Of a DNA stretch of 26,708 bases, positions 10,976 to 22,222 are shown piece after piece. Source of the DNA: Oopsacas minuta (lineage: Eukaryota > Animalia > Porifera). Under the pieces are notes generated by a model. The model made no database searches. It had not been told where the DNA came from and worked only from the letters and a program-made list of their open reading frames with translations. The DNA lies in NCBI GenBank assembly GCA_024704765.1, contig JAKMXF010000128.1, positions 1-26,708 on the forward strand. Direction: 5' to 3'. The stretch's first letter is position 1; each line of letters starts with the position of its first letter. A program made the position numbers and the translations under genes.

Positions 10976-11716
10976 CAGGGCCGTCGAGAGAGCGAGCGGC
11001 CCCGGGTCATAATTTTTGGTGAGGCCCCCCTTTGATATTTTGTTCCGTTATCGTGAAGTGAATAAACTAAACGCAAACTATCGCATTCGTATTATATATA
11101 TATTAAAAAATTTTAATAAATAAAATCCTATTTACTCTTATATTTTATGCATTTTCAAATAGCCTATAGCTATATAGCTATAGAGTTTATGATTTTAAGT
11201 AGTATAATGAAAAACTAATACTACAAAGCTAATACTTCAAGAGTTATTGTAGTTAAGAACAGGAATATACAAAAATTTACGGTCAGTGTAATTAACAGAA
11301 AGCTTTGCGTGCCTTCTTCATAGCAAAATTATTGATTATGTCTTGAAAGTCAATACGCTTTGCAAGTTCAGCCTCGATGCTCAACATTGCGAGGTCGTTC
11401 AGTCTTCCCTGACTCATAGTGCTTCTCAGAAAGTTCTTGATGAGTTTCAACCTATTTACGCGTGCCTGCCGTTTGGATCGTATCCCGTAAACTGAGTAGT
11501 TATGGAAAAAAATTATAATTGATACAAAGCAAGTGAGGGCTGGATTTCTAGGAAGGATTAAATAACAAAGGTATTGCTCTGCCCAGCGATGTCTTTATTT
11601 TCTCCTTTACTTGTCTACTTAATGCAGCCAATAAAGCCCATGCATACCTTCACAGACAGAATTTCTCGGGCCCCGGGGTGACTACCCCCGCCTACCCCCC
11701 CCTCTCGACAACCCTG
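10976..11716 (-). mobile_element. 741-bp non-autonomous hAT element nested in the left arm of the long-TIR element
   Basis: TIRs CAGGGCCGTCGAGAG / CTCTCGACAACCCTG, with a perfect 8-bp TSD GTGAGCTG at 10968-10975 and 11717-11724. Confidence 0.93.
11292..11453 (-). pseudogene. hAT transposase last 53 codons (ZMYM1-like dimerisation domain) retained in the nested element
   Basis: RLKLIKNFLRSTMSQGRLNDLAMLSIEAELAKRIDFQDIINNFAMKKARKAFC*. Confidence 0.88.
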
Positions 11717-12170
11717 GTGAGCTGTCCCCCTGACTTATGGAACTAGGGCAAGGAGTCCCCCCGGACTAGTGGCACTAGGGTCAGCTGTCCCCCCGGACTT
11801 CTGGCACTATGACACCGGTTTCAACTGTACATACTTAGTGGCGTATCCACTATCCAAGTAGCGCGCAATGGGTGCTCGAGAATACCCCTTGAATAACAAT
11901 GATAGCAATTGATAATGATTTAGACAGAGATTGTTATCTAAAAATAAAACAATCACGTGATAGTCCTCTGTCTAATGCAATTTGGTAAGAAAATTCAATT
12001 AGTCCATATAAACTATTGGCGAATTATTTCGATTAATTGTCGTACTTTTCACTCTACAAGTTGAATTTAACTTATTCAGTATTCATCAAATTTAGGAAAG
12101 TTGCAATGTACATATATATTGTCTTATATTCCTTTGTACTCGATACTTATTTGAGTACTTTCTTAATTAG

Positions 12171-12810
12171 GAGTCCATAAGCGGTACAATATCGTCAAGT
12201 CCTCCATCACCATCTCCATTCTGGGTGCACAGTCTGAATCTCAACCCAACTGATGAGCTAGAAATACTTAATGGACTTTAGCTGACAGATAAACACATTG
12301 TTGCGGCTAAAACATTATTGAAAGAACAGCACCTACTTATAAATGGACTTGAAGACCCCTTCATACTTGCTGAAAAGCTTTCGTATAAATCAACTTAAAT
12401 CTAATTTGCCCAGATTGTAAACTTAGGTAGAACACACTGGGTCTGTGTTTCAAGCTTCAACTGTCTACCTGGAACTGTTGATGTTTATGATAGCATTCCA
12501 GCATGTTCCATGGGTTCGTTATCTTTGAGAAAACAAGTGGCTGTAATACTTCAAACAACTGAATGCAGTTTTGAATTACATTTTGTCGAAACTCAAAGAC
12601 AGTTGGAGGGAGCAGATTATGGACTATTTTCCATAGCTCTTGCTACAACATTATGTCAAGGTATTGACCTACATATGTGCTTCTTCGATCAAACTCAGAT
12701 GAGGATACATCTACACAGCCGTCTAGAACAATTGAACATGACTCTGTTCCCTCCATCAAAAAAACCTCGTCGAGAGTGCATGAAGAGATGGCAGAGAAAG
12801 GTCGTAGTAA
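12171..12810 (+). pseudogene. Ulp1/SENP-like (C48) cysteine protease remnant
   Basis: After acceptor ttcttaattAG: FWVHSLNL..*LTDKHI..QIVNLGRTHWVCVS..VDVYDS..QRQLEGADYGLFSIA..FDQTQMRIHL. The H-W and Y-D-S motifs are present. The catalytic Cys position reads Tyr (TAT) and there are three in-frame stops. Confidence 0.75.
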
Positions 12811-12820
12811 CAAGTAGATA

Positions 12821-13090
12821 CAGTGGCGTTTCTAGGCTTTTGATTACGAGTGTGCTAATTCATATGGGTTGACATTGAAATTAAAAAGATTTCGTCAGAC
12901 TATATTCACTATAATAGTAATTCTCTATCAATGAAGGTCAGGGAAGCACTTGATTTGATTGTAAGAAACACAAAATACTTGATTTTTAGACAACAATCTC
13001 TGCCTAAATCATTATCAATTACTATCATTGTTATTCAAAGGAGTTCTCGAGCACCCATTGCGCGCTCCTTGGATAGTGGATACGCCACTA
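12821..13090. mobile_element. Probable 270-bp hAT MITE
   Basis: Ends CAGTGGCGT.. and ..ACGCCACTA. Flanking 8-mers AGTAGATA and AGTATGTA match at 6 of 8 positions. Confidence 0.45.
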
Positions 13091-13564
13091 AGTATGTACA
13101 GTTGAAACCGGTGTCATAGTGCCAGAAGTCCGGGGATTCCTTGGCCTAGTGCCAGAAGTTCGGGGGAGTCCTTGCCATAGTGCCAGAGGTCCGGGGGGGA
13201 CAGTTCACCCTCTCACACCGTGTCCACCCTACAGCTGGCACTGTTTATGATTAAGAGCTGAAATTTTTCAATGGGTTCATTGTTACCTGTAGATTTACAC
13301 CTCGGAATAATTTTAATCTGATACAATTTGCCACTTTTGTGCCACTTCCTAATTTTTCTCATAGGAATTGTATTAGTTTTTGGAAAATAGAATACTAGGA
13401 GGAAAATCCTATTTCACACACCATCGATTGCCATGAGGATGAAGAAGAAATATATATAATTTTAAAGCATGTTTGTGTTACCCCATTAGGGCCCGGTCAC
13501 ACAAACCCTGCTGGTCAAAAGGTCCTACAAAGTCAGGTCAGGTCTCAAGATTAATCAGGCCAAT

Positions 13565-13900
13565 TTCAGGTCGTTTAAGAATCAATTGAGTACAATTAAT
13601 CAATTTAGAAATGCGAAAACCATACACTAAGGGATGGATGGATATACTGCCAGTTTTGACTCAGTATTGATTCTGACGAGAGTCTATTACATTGAAGATA
13701 TGTCATACTCGAAACTAGTTAACTGTATTTTGGAAAGTAATTCAATTCAATTAACAATTTACGAGTACTTTGACGGGATTAGCAAGGTAAGATTAGAAAA
13801 AATACGGTAAATTCCCTGGAGCATGAAAATGAGCTGAAAATATTTTGAGTGGCCTGGAAATGACCTGTAATTGATCTGAAATGTCATCAAAATGACCTGA
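13565..13900 (+). repeat. Dispersed repeat, inverted copy of 8155-8480, with AGGTCA/TGACCT arrays
   Basis: Exact 55-bp core 13618-13672 (aaccatacactaagggatggatggatatactgccagttttgactcagtattgatt). Motif arrays extend over about 13530-13970. Confidence 0.85.
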
Positions 13901-14368
13901 AGTAACCTGATTCAGGTCAGCCCATTTAGTGAGCAGGCTTGTCCAAAGGTCAGGTCATGACCTGACACTTATTTATATATTTAGAACTATCTAAGTCTAA
14001 TTAGGGCCACATGACTGAAGCATATGCTAAGCCCAGTACCGGATTTAGGGTGTTTTGGGCCTAGGGCTAAGTCATTATTTTGGCCTACCCTACCATTTTG
14101 ATACCCTATTTTATGGAACTGAACGGAACGTGCAATTTACGCATACGTTATTTGCTTAAATAATGGTCCCGACGATTATATTTTCGTGCAGGAGAATACT
14201 CAAACCAGCTTTTCATCAATTATCGAAATAAATTTTATTTGAAATTTTGTGTGGTGCTACCCTATAGCACGTATTTGAGCCTTTGAGGGCCATTTAGGAC
14301 AGTATAATATTATACTGTTGTGTAATAATTGAGATTCTTGTATTAAGAAACACCATGGACACTCATAT

Positions 14369-15987
14369 CGTAGTATTTTGAGGAGGGTATAGAATTCTGA
14401 GATATAAGTATTAACACGAATTGTACATGTAGTTCATAGTAATTTGGTGATAAATGTGTGCTGAGATTTTGTGTTACTTAAATAAGTACATAAACTCCTA
14501 CATGATCGAAATCACAATATTTTGATAATTCAAAATACTTGTACGTGAACTTTTTATTGTTTTTCTGAAATTACTTCTCTATTTTAAATTCATTTTGTCA
14601 TTGGAATCCTCACATTTGAATGGATCCCGAAGAACTCAGAGCAATCATTGAGTTCCATCAGCGTGGCTAAATTCCAGGAACTCTCTCTGCTGAAGGTTAA
14701 GGAATTTCAAGATAAAGGCAAATAATTATACCCTCTCTGAGGAAGAACCAAACAGGCTTTTCAAGGTAGGTATAAAAACATTTATTCCGTTTGTATACGT
14801 ATACAAATTTAGATTTTAAGATAAGCTGAAAAATTGATACTATTTAATATTTACTTATGTCTAGAAAGTCTCCAAGAGTGGCCTACAGTTGGCTCACGAA
14901 GTCCCCAGTTGTGATAAACTTGGTTCAATCTTTGTACAATATCACGATCAATTAGGTCAAGCTGGGATCAATTCTACAATACAATTAATCCAGCAAAGAT
15001 ACTATTGGGTAGGAATGTATCCAGATTTTCAAAATTATGTGAGTGTTAAAATGTGATATTAGCAAATACTGTACAAGTTAAAATGTGGACCGGTAGTCCT
15101 TACTTGAACCGTTGTACTGGCCAATTCATAACAATCCAACTGAAATTAGCTTCAAATTTTGTTTTGTTTGATATACTTATAGGCAAAAAAATGCGTTACA
15201 TGTCAAGAGACAGCCGCTTTACCCCCATAACCTCAAAGGAAATTACAACCTATTCCACCTCCAGAAACTCCTTGGAAGCACATAGGGATGGATCTATGCG
15301 ATCTCCCTGAGACCCCTGAGGGTTACAAACATATACTAGTGACAGTCTGCTATCTCTCCAAGTATGTTATTGCAAGGCTACTCAAGACTAAGACAACCAC
15401 TGAAGTCATTGAGCAATTGGAAGATATCTACCCTGAATTAGGATTACCAGATATCATGTAACATGATCAAAGAAAGGAATTCACTTCAAAGGTATATATA
15501 TTTATGACATTATGCTTCAGTACAAGCATTACTAATTTTAGTAATTTATAATTTGCAAGATATTATCTAGGAGCGCCGGACGCTCCTCTAGGCGCATGAT
15601 TGTTGATGCTATTGTAGTTAGGAGCGTAAAATTGAGGATCTTCCCTTATATCGTGACACTAATTTACTGATTTAGGCGTATGAAAATTTGAGAGGAGGGC
15701 CGCTAGGAGCGTGCTCTGAAAACCCTGTATAACCCCCTGATAATTTGTTGCTAACGTTTATACTTGTAGCTATTTCACGAGTTTCATAAAAAACTACATG
15801 TTTACAATAGAAGTACTCGTGCATACCATCCAATGGCAAATGGACTGGTCGAGGCCGACAATAAGATTCTCAAAATGTGAGTGTTCCAATTATGTAATAA
15901 TAAATATCCCTTTAATAATGTTGATGCAATGTGGGTTACAATCGAAAATCTGTTTAGCTATTAGGTAGAAATACTTCTAGAAGTACA
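14369..15987 (+). mobile_element. 5' half of a decayed, intron-containing Ginger1-like transposon (left TIR plus four integrase exons)
   Basis: Left TIR 14369-14443. Exons 14620-14765, 14865-15038 (HDQLGQAG..QRYYWVGMY), 15183-15491 (CVTC..PWKHIGMDL..HDQRKEFTSK) and 15770-15876 (YHPMANGLVEADNKILK), separated by GT-AG introns. D-D-E residues are identifiable; several stops. Confidence 0.85.
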
Positions 15988-16306
15988 TTTTTACTGTGCC
16001 GACTATACTTTAGTATAGTGGCCCAGTATTGAAATGGTTGCCTATATTATGATTATTTATCTCCGTAAAAGCCCTGCAGCCAAAACTTGATAGAATTAAT
16101 CTGATATATACCGCCGTATTCACTAAGCATACTTAGTACTTAAGTACTAAGTACGTACTTAAGTATCACTTATATTCATGAATTTGTGAGTTTCTGATGG
16201 ATTGCTTTACAGAATTACTTTCAATCATTCAGGAATATATTTTCAAAACTTCTCATGTTTTATGCATGATCTCACGANCATTTATGAAAGGTGTGAACAC
16301 TACATA

Positions 16307-16491
16307 CAGTAGAACTCGGATAAGACGTACCCGCTCGGGAAACAGAAATTAGTACGTCTTAACCGAGTGTACGTCTTATCCGAATATGTTTGCATTACAA
16401 ATAATGATACTGATATTTTGGGATATAAGAAATGGTACGTCTTAACCGAGTGTACGTCTTAAGCCGAGTACGTCTTATCCGAGTTCTACTG
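16307..16491. mobile_element. 185-bp Tc1/mariner (Tigger/pogo-type) MITE
   Basis: Perfect 24-bp TIR CAGTAGAACTCGGATAAGACGTAC, TA at 16305-16306 and 16492-16493, internal GTACGTCTT repeats. Confidence 0.93.
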
Positions 16492-18827
16492 TACTTTCAA
16501 CTGTTTCCGTTGATTATTCTAGAATTGAGCAATCTTAAGGTGCTTGAAAAGAACATTGAGAAGAAAATTCACCTTTTCATCAGAGCAAACTCCAATGTTT
16601 CCAACTCATTGGGAATACACTTCTATTTAGAAATCATTTCACCCTAAAATCCTTCATTAGCACAAATTGTTACCATTACGATGGAATGAGGAACAGAAGG
16701 ATAAAATTTGAATAAAGTTCTAATCAGACACAAAATAGTTAAGTCAACTTTGTAGTGTACATGCTTATTCGATGTTAGTTGACTTTTAGCTTAGGCATTG
16801 CAGTCGTTTTAGTACGAAGTGTTTCAAAATTAGTAAAAATATATAGGAAAACCATTTGCATTTGCAGAGTCAGATTTTATCTAAATATATGGGCGGAGTA
16901 AGGGGAGGGCTAATTATGAACAGTTTGAATCAGGTTCGAAGAAGAATACCAGTCGAATTGGTTAATACACCTGGTACCGCTTGTATCTAAGCGGAAGATA
17001 TAGTATATCCTGAGGGTGATAAGTCATTATTATGCGTAAGAAGCCATATGCTAGTTAACGCTAAACCGCAATAATAAACAACTGAGTCATAACTTGTAAA
17101 TCGACAACATCTCGCACAATATATATACCCAAATATCCAATTAACTTTCTCAATTGATGCATGATGTTTAATCACTTTGAAATGCTAATATTGGTAATCA
17201 GCATTATAATTTTGGGTCACATGACCATGCTTGTAGAAAGGATTTTTTGGTCAAATATACAATTTCTCCCAGGCTGTGTACCGGTATGTACCCCTATACT
17301 TTCCCTTCCTATCGGGCTCTCTATCTTATAGAAGATTAAGTTCATCATGTCATTTCGAATGGCAATAGTCTCAGCTTCTGATACAGCAGATGCTGGACCT
17401 AGTTGTAATAACTTTGACTCGACTTACCGGATATAGGAATATTAAGTCCAGTCCTGACGATATTCCTTTAACCAGCATCCAATGTATTGTCTAATACGAA
17501 ATAAATATATACAAAATACCGAATAAAGGCGGAGAGGCACCTATAAAAATAGCCATCTCGAAATAATATAAATTCTCCAGGCCTCCATAGCCATATCTTT
17601 TTTAAATATATTTAGCAATTTTATTGCTATGCCACCTCACGATTGGCCTAACATTTCTATGTAACAGCGAAAAACGATTGGAAATTCATGAAAATTGCGG
17701 TTAGCATTTGTATAGCTCTACTTTTCGCTCCAGTTGCGAACGTGTTAGTATGTTGCTTAAATTTCATAGGCTATTTTAGCGTGTATTTAATAGACATTTT
17801 TGCATTTTTATATTTTAAGTGTGTATTATTAAATCAGTAGATTATTCTTTCTGAGAGTAATGTCTAGTGAATTATTAGATTATCCTTTCTTAGGCCATGT
17901 AAAATAAATTACTTGTTTCTTATCCATTTTTTCTGCGAAATAGCGGCGAGGGGCGGCTTTTTATTTTTATTTTTTGGTTAGCGTCATTTTACTAATTTAT
18001 TTAAACTATCTCGTTAATACGAATTTCTGATAAGATGAACAATATTCGTACATAATCAGGTCTCTACAACCGTACTTCAATGGATATTACTCCGGTTTAT
18101 GAACTCCGGAAAGGCGAATAAATTTTAACCATACGGACGGTGCGTTGGTGTTCGTATTAAGCTTATACTGTATATGGGAAAACTGATATTCACTTCCTCT
18201 CTATAATCTGAATTATTATACAATTTAAATAATAATGATAAAATTAATAATAATAAAAATTTAGTGCACACCCAAGGGCTAATTTTTGCCATACAGGGAG
18301 GGGTATTTGGGGCCTGACTCGGACAGGTTTGAGTCTTGGACGAAATTTCACTCCTGACGAAATTATGATGCATTGCCACCTTTTTGGATTTTCGAAAAAT
18401 CACATGGTTAGCTTGTTTCGAAGATGTTCATCTGCGAATATATGTATTAAATAAAGATATGTATTAAAATTAAAAAAAATGCGGAGGAGGGAGATTAAAT
18501 GGGGCGGGCGGGGATTATAAACAAGTATATTATTTTATATGGCCTTAGTGTAATGTCTAGTGAACTTGAAATTTTGACATATTTAAGCAAAAATGTTTTT
18601 GCGGGTTTGATCCATGAAAACAATTACTAAGCTTTTACGTTAAATTTGATTCTATGATCATATGTGCATCAGCTCTTGGAGTCCTTTGTTCTTAGTGCCT
18701 GTTTTTTGCTAATTTGCCCTAAACCTTTATATTTGGTTAATTTAAATTGTTTCTGCTTTGTATAACGAAATTAATTGTAGCTTTTTTGTATTACATTTTT
18801 TGACTTAAAGAAATTAGCATAATACCA

Positions 18828-21094
18828 ATGTCAAAAGAAAAATAACTAAGATCCAAACAGCTACTGTTCCAAAAGTCCAAAATGGGCAATAGATTCAATT
18901 TTCTCTAAAATAACTACTCAACTTGGAGAAGAGACATGACACTTCAGATACTGAGTTGACTATTGATGTACCAAAATTTAGTGAGGATTCTCATGAATGT
19001 AAATCTGAAACTGGCAACAAGAAGAAGAAAGATTCTATCAAATCTATTATCAAAACTAATAAGTGTATTGTAATGTTTCAAAATCAGGCAGATCAAGATA
19101 TGTATGTGAACTATATTTTAAGTTCGCAAAAACAATGTAATACCGAGGCAAAATTCCAGCCATTTGTACGGCAAATGAAACCATACTGCGACTTTCAGAA
19201 CTGCAAGAACATATTCCTCTGAAATTCATAAAAAATCATGTAGTGCTGAAAATGTTCCGAAAATGTCTAATGTTGAAAAGACGACAAAAACAGAAATCGG
19301 ATGTGTATTTCAAATCAGAATGCAGCTATTTGTAATAGAATTGGCAGTCTAATGATTGAAGTGTTCAACAATTGTAAACGAGGAACAATATCTGCATGGC
19401 CCTGGCCAAGTATTCATATCTCAAATACTATGACCAGTGAGTTTGACATGAGATCTCCCCATGTCACTTATAACCCATCGCCGGGCATTTTCTCCTATGT
19501 GACACCAATGCAACATGCTGATTTGTTGTCATATATTGTTTCTAGACAAACCTGAGTTATTAACCAAAATCAAACCTGCATTGGCAGTTTCATTGGCAAT
19601 TGATGGTTCAGTAGATCGTTTTCAATTGGATAATAAGTACGTGAAATGTAAGATTTTACAACTGAAGGAGAACAAGAGGATCTTTTTTTGGGATTTTCGG
19701 AGTCAACGGAAAGGAAAACAAAAGGGTATGTATCTGCAGTCAAGGAAGCAGTATCTTTTACAATTACTTGGAAAGATCTGTTTGACAACATTACATGTAT
19801 TGTAACTGATGGTGAAAGTCTGAATAATAGAGAACACAACAGCTTGTGGAAAGTATTACAAGATGAACGTTCATATTCTACTTCAAATCCAACTCTTCCT
19901 TTAATAAAAATATGGTGCGCTGCCCATAGGTCAGACGTTGCATTTGGAAAGTGTCAAATCAGTAAAAGAAGTAAATTTACAAATTTCAGATGCCTGTGGG
20001 TTGTCAACATTCTTCCACACATCTTCTGTTAGAATTAAAGAATTAGAAATGATAGCATCTCATCATGATTTAAAAGTAAAACACATTCCAAAATATTTTG
20101 AAGCTAGATGGACCGAATTTTCCTAAAGTATATTCTGTGGCATTCAATTTTCTTGGCAAGCTATTGTAAAATATTTGCAGTACACAGAAGATAGATCTGC
20201 TCAGCGCCACATAAAATTCATAACAGATAGGACAAAATTTCGAACAAATTGTTGTGTTGCTGATGTTCTACAGATATATTCTAGATTTCAGAAAGCTATT
20301 CAAGATAACTGTGTTACCTATTTTGATTCAACAACTTAACAAAATGAAGTCTACAATGCTAGTAGGAGGGTGGGAATATAACTTCAATGGAAACTACAAT
20401 GAAGAAGCATCTACTTTCTTTGGTATGAATTTAATAGATAAGCAGAGGAGAACAAACCATACACCTGTCTCTGTGAAAAGGGATTTCTCCGCAATTCGTT
20501 TTGAAATTATTGACTCTCGTATAAATATTTTAGAGGAAAGATACCATCTTGACTCAGAAAGAGTAAAACAACTACACCTATTGAAAATTTAAATTCTGAA
20601 GTAACTGAGGAAGAATTGAAAAATGCTATGAGATTATTATACCAGAATTAGACCTTGCATCTCTTGCATTACAATATAGAGATGCTTGTGATGCATTTGG
20701 TAATGCAAATATGGCACCAATTGAAATTGTAAAATCCATAATTCAATCTGGATTATTAGCGGATCACAAAGAAATTGTAACCGCATTTGCACGGATTGTC
20801 ACAGCAAACTACATTCGTTGAAAGGCTGATAAAATCTTACAATCTCATAAACCGAAGACCGGGCTAATCTATCATCTATTACACTGAAGAATTATTTATA
20901 CATTTGACACAACATGCCTGGTTTCTGAGTTTAATCCTCGCCCCTGTGTATTGAAGTTGTTAAATGATAAAGAACGTTGAGATGTACTTTCAAAAAAGAG
21001 TAAAGAACAACGCTGGTTTGCTTCAATATTGAAAGAAGCATATGAAGAAACTAAGAGAAAAGCAACTACACAATCAGAAAAAATTGGTTTCTGA
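18828..21094 (+). pseudogene. hAT transposase pseudogene (ZNF862-like), many frameshifts and stops
   Basis: Collinear fragments: KRGTISAWPWPS, SLAIDGSVDRF (D1), CIVTDGES (D2), IWCAAHRSD (CxxH), YFEARWTEF (RW), VERLIKSYNLI..DRANLS..LKNYLYI (E and dimerisation domain). Confidence 0.85.
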
Positions 21095-22222
21095 GAAAAT
21101 ATTATTTATCGGATTGTTGATAATTAATTGATATAGTAGAATAGTGTTTCGATCATATGCAAAATAAACATCAAGTTTACATTTTTAGAATGCGTGTACT
21201 TTTAGATTTTCCTTAGATAGCTTATGTGCTTAATAGGGCATTTACAACTTTCCTGCAAAATTAGCTTGGTACTATGTATTCCCATGCTAAACCCTAATGC
21301 TCCCTCGACAACTAATTTAATTAACATACTAAGTTGTCGGCATAGATTTTAGATATTTTCAAAAGTCTGTCAAAAAGGGGAGCCCTAAGTTTAATGGACA
21401 ATTACAGAATATGAAAAATTTGGGACCGAGAAAAGTGTTCATATTTTGGAGTTGTTCATTTCTTAGAGGCGTTCACTTTTGGAGGTTTTACTGAATTATC
21501 AGCAGCATGTATTTCTAGAACATCCCAATGGATATATTTTCATACATTTCCTTACAATAATGCATTATTAATGGAAAAATGGTGATAGCTATAGTCATCG
21601 TATAATGTATAAACTATAATTGAATATTCATTTCATTAAATGTCCTATATTTTCAAATGAGGAGATGGCCATGAAATTAAGGGGATGGCTGAATATTGCT
21701 TGCATATTTATAATGGTTATAAAACGCATAGTTCATGAAATGAATTCATCATTTGAAAAGAAGAGGGAAAACCAACATCCAGACTTATTAAAGGAGCGCA
21801 CACATTGGGACGCGCTCCTATTTAAATGCAAACAATTTACAAATTTCATCGTTATTTTGCATAAATTCAGTTTTCTTACTGTATATGTGGATGCTGGGAC
21901 ACTTTTGTATAATTCACAATTTATTGAAATGGTTTGTTGTATTGCCAATGGAAATCGGGTATAAAATCACGTATTTATTGGTGGATTTCAATGAGATGAG
22001 AAGAGAAACAATAGATTTCCATAGGAAAATAGAAACAAATTCGTTTCTACATAATAGTAATACAAATACTGTTTTGATACTCCATGGCTAATAATCGAAA
22101 AATGTATGACGTTCTCCATTTTTCTATTTTATTTAGAATATCATAAGTCACAACCCTACGAGTTATTGATATAATTTAATCATCAATGTAACCAAAATTA
22201 CTGACTTTCCGTGAGTTGATAG

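Larger units (their letters stand above)
10942..13217. mobile_element. Long-TIR (foldback-like) non-autonomous element with TGT...ACA ends carrying a Ulp1-like protease remnant; Ginger1-like by inference
   Basis: Left arm 10942-11945 (interrupted by a nested hAT element) and right arm 12982-13217. Segment 11790-11882 matches 13044-13135 with one mismatch. About 30-bp GC-rich tandem units lie in both arms. Flanks are CCGG (10938-10941) and CCGT (13218-13221). Confidence 0.65.

Noticed and set aside
11725-11814. About 30-bp GC-rich repeats as a CRISPR-like array
   Set aside because: Units are contiguous without unique spacers, lie in TIR arms, and the context is eukaryotic.
17260-17600. Possible RNase H-like or LINE remnant on the minus strand
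   Set aside because: Only a vague SEAETIAI similarity, with no catalytic motifs in register.
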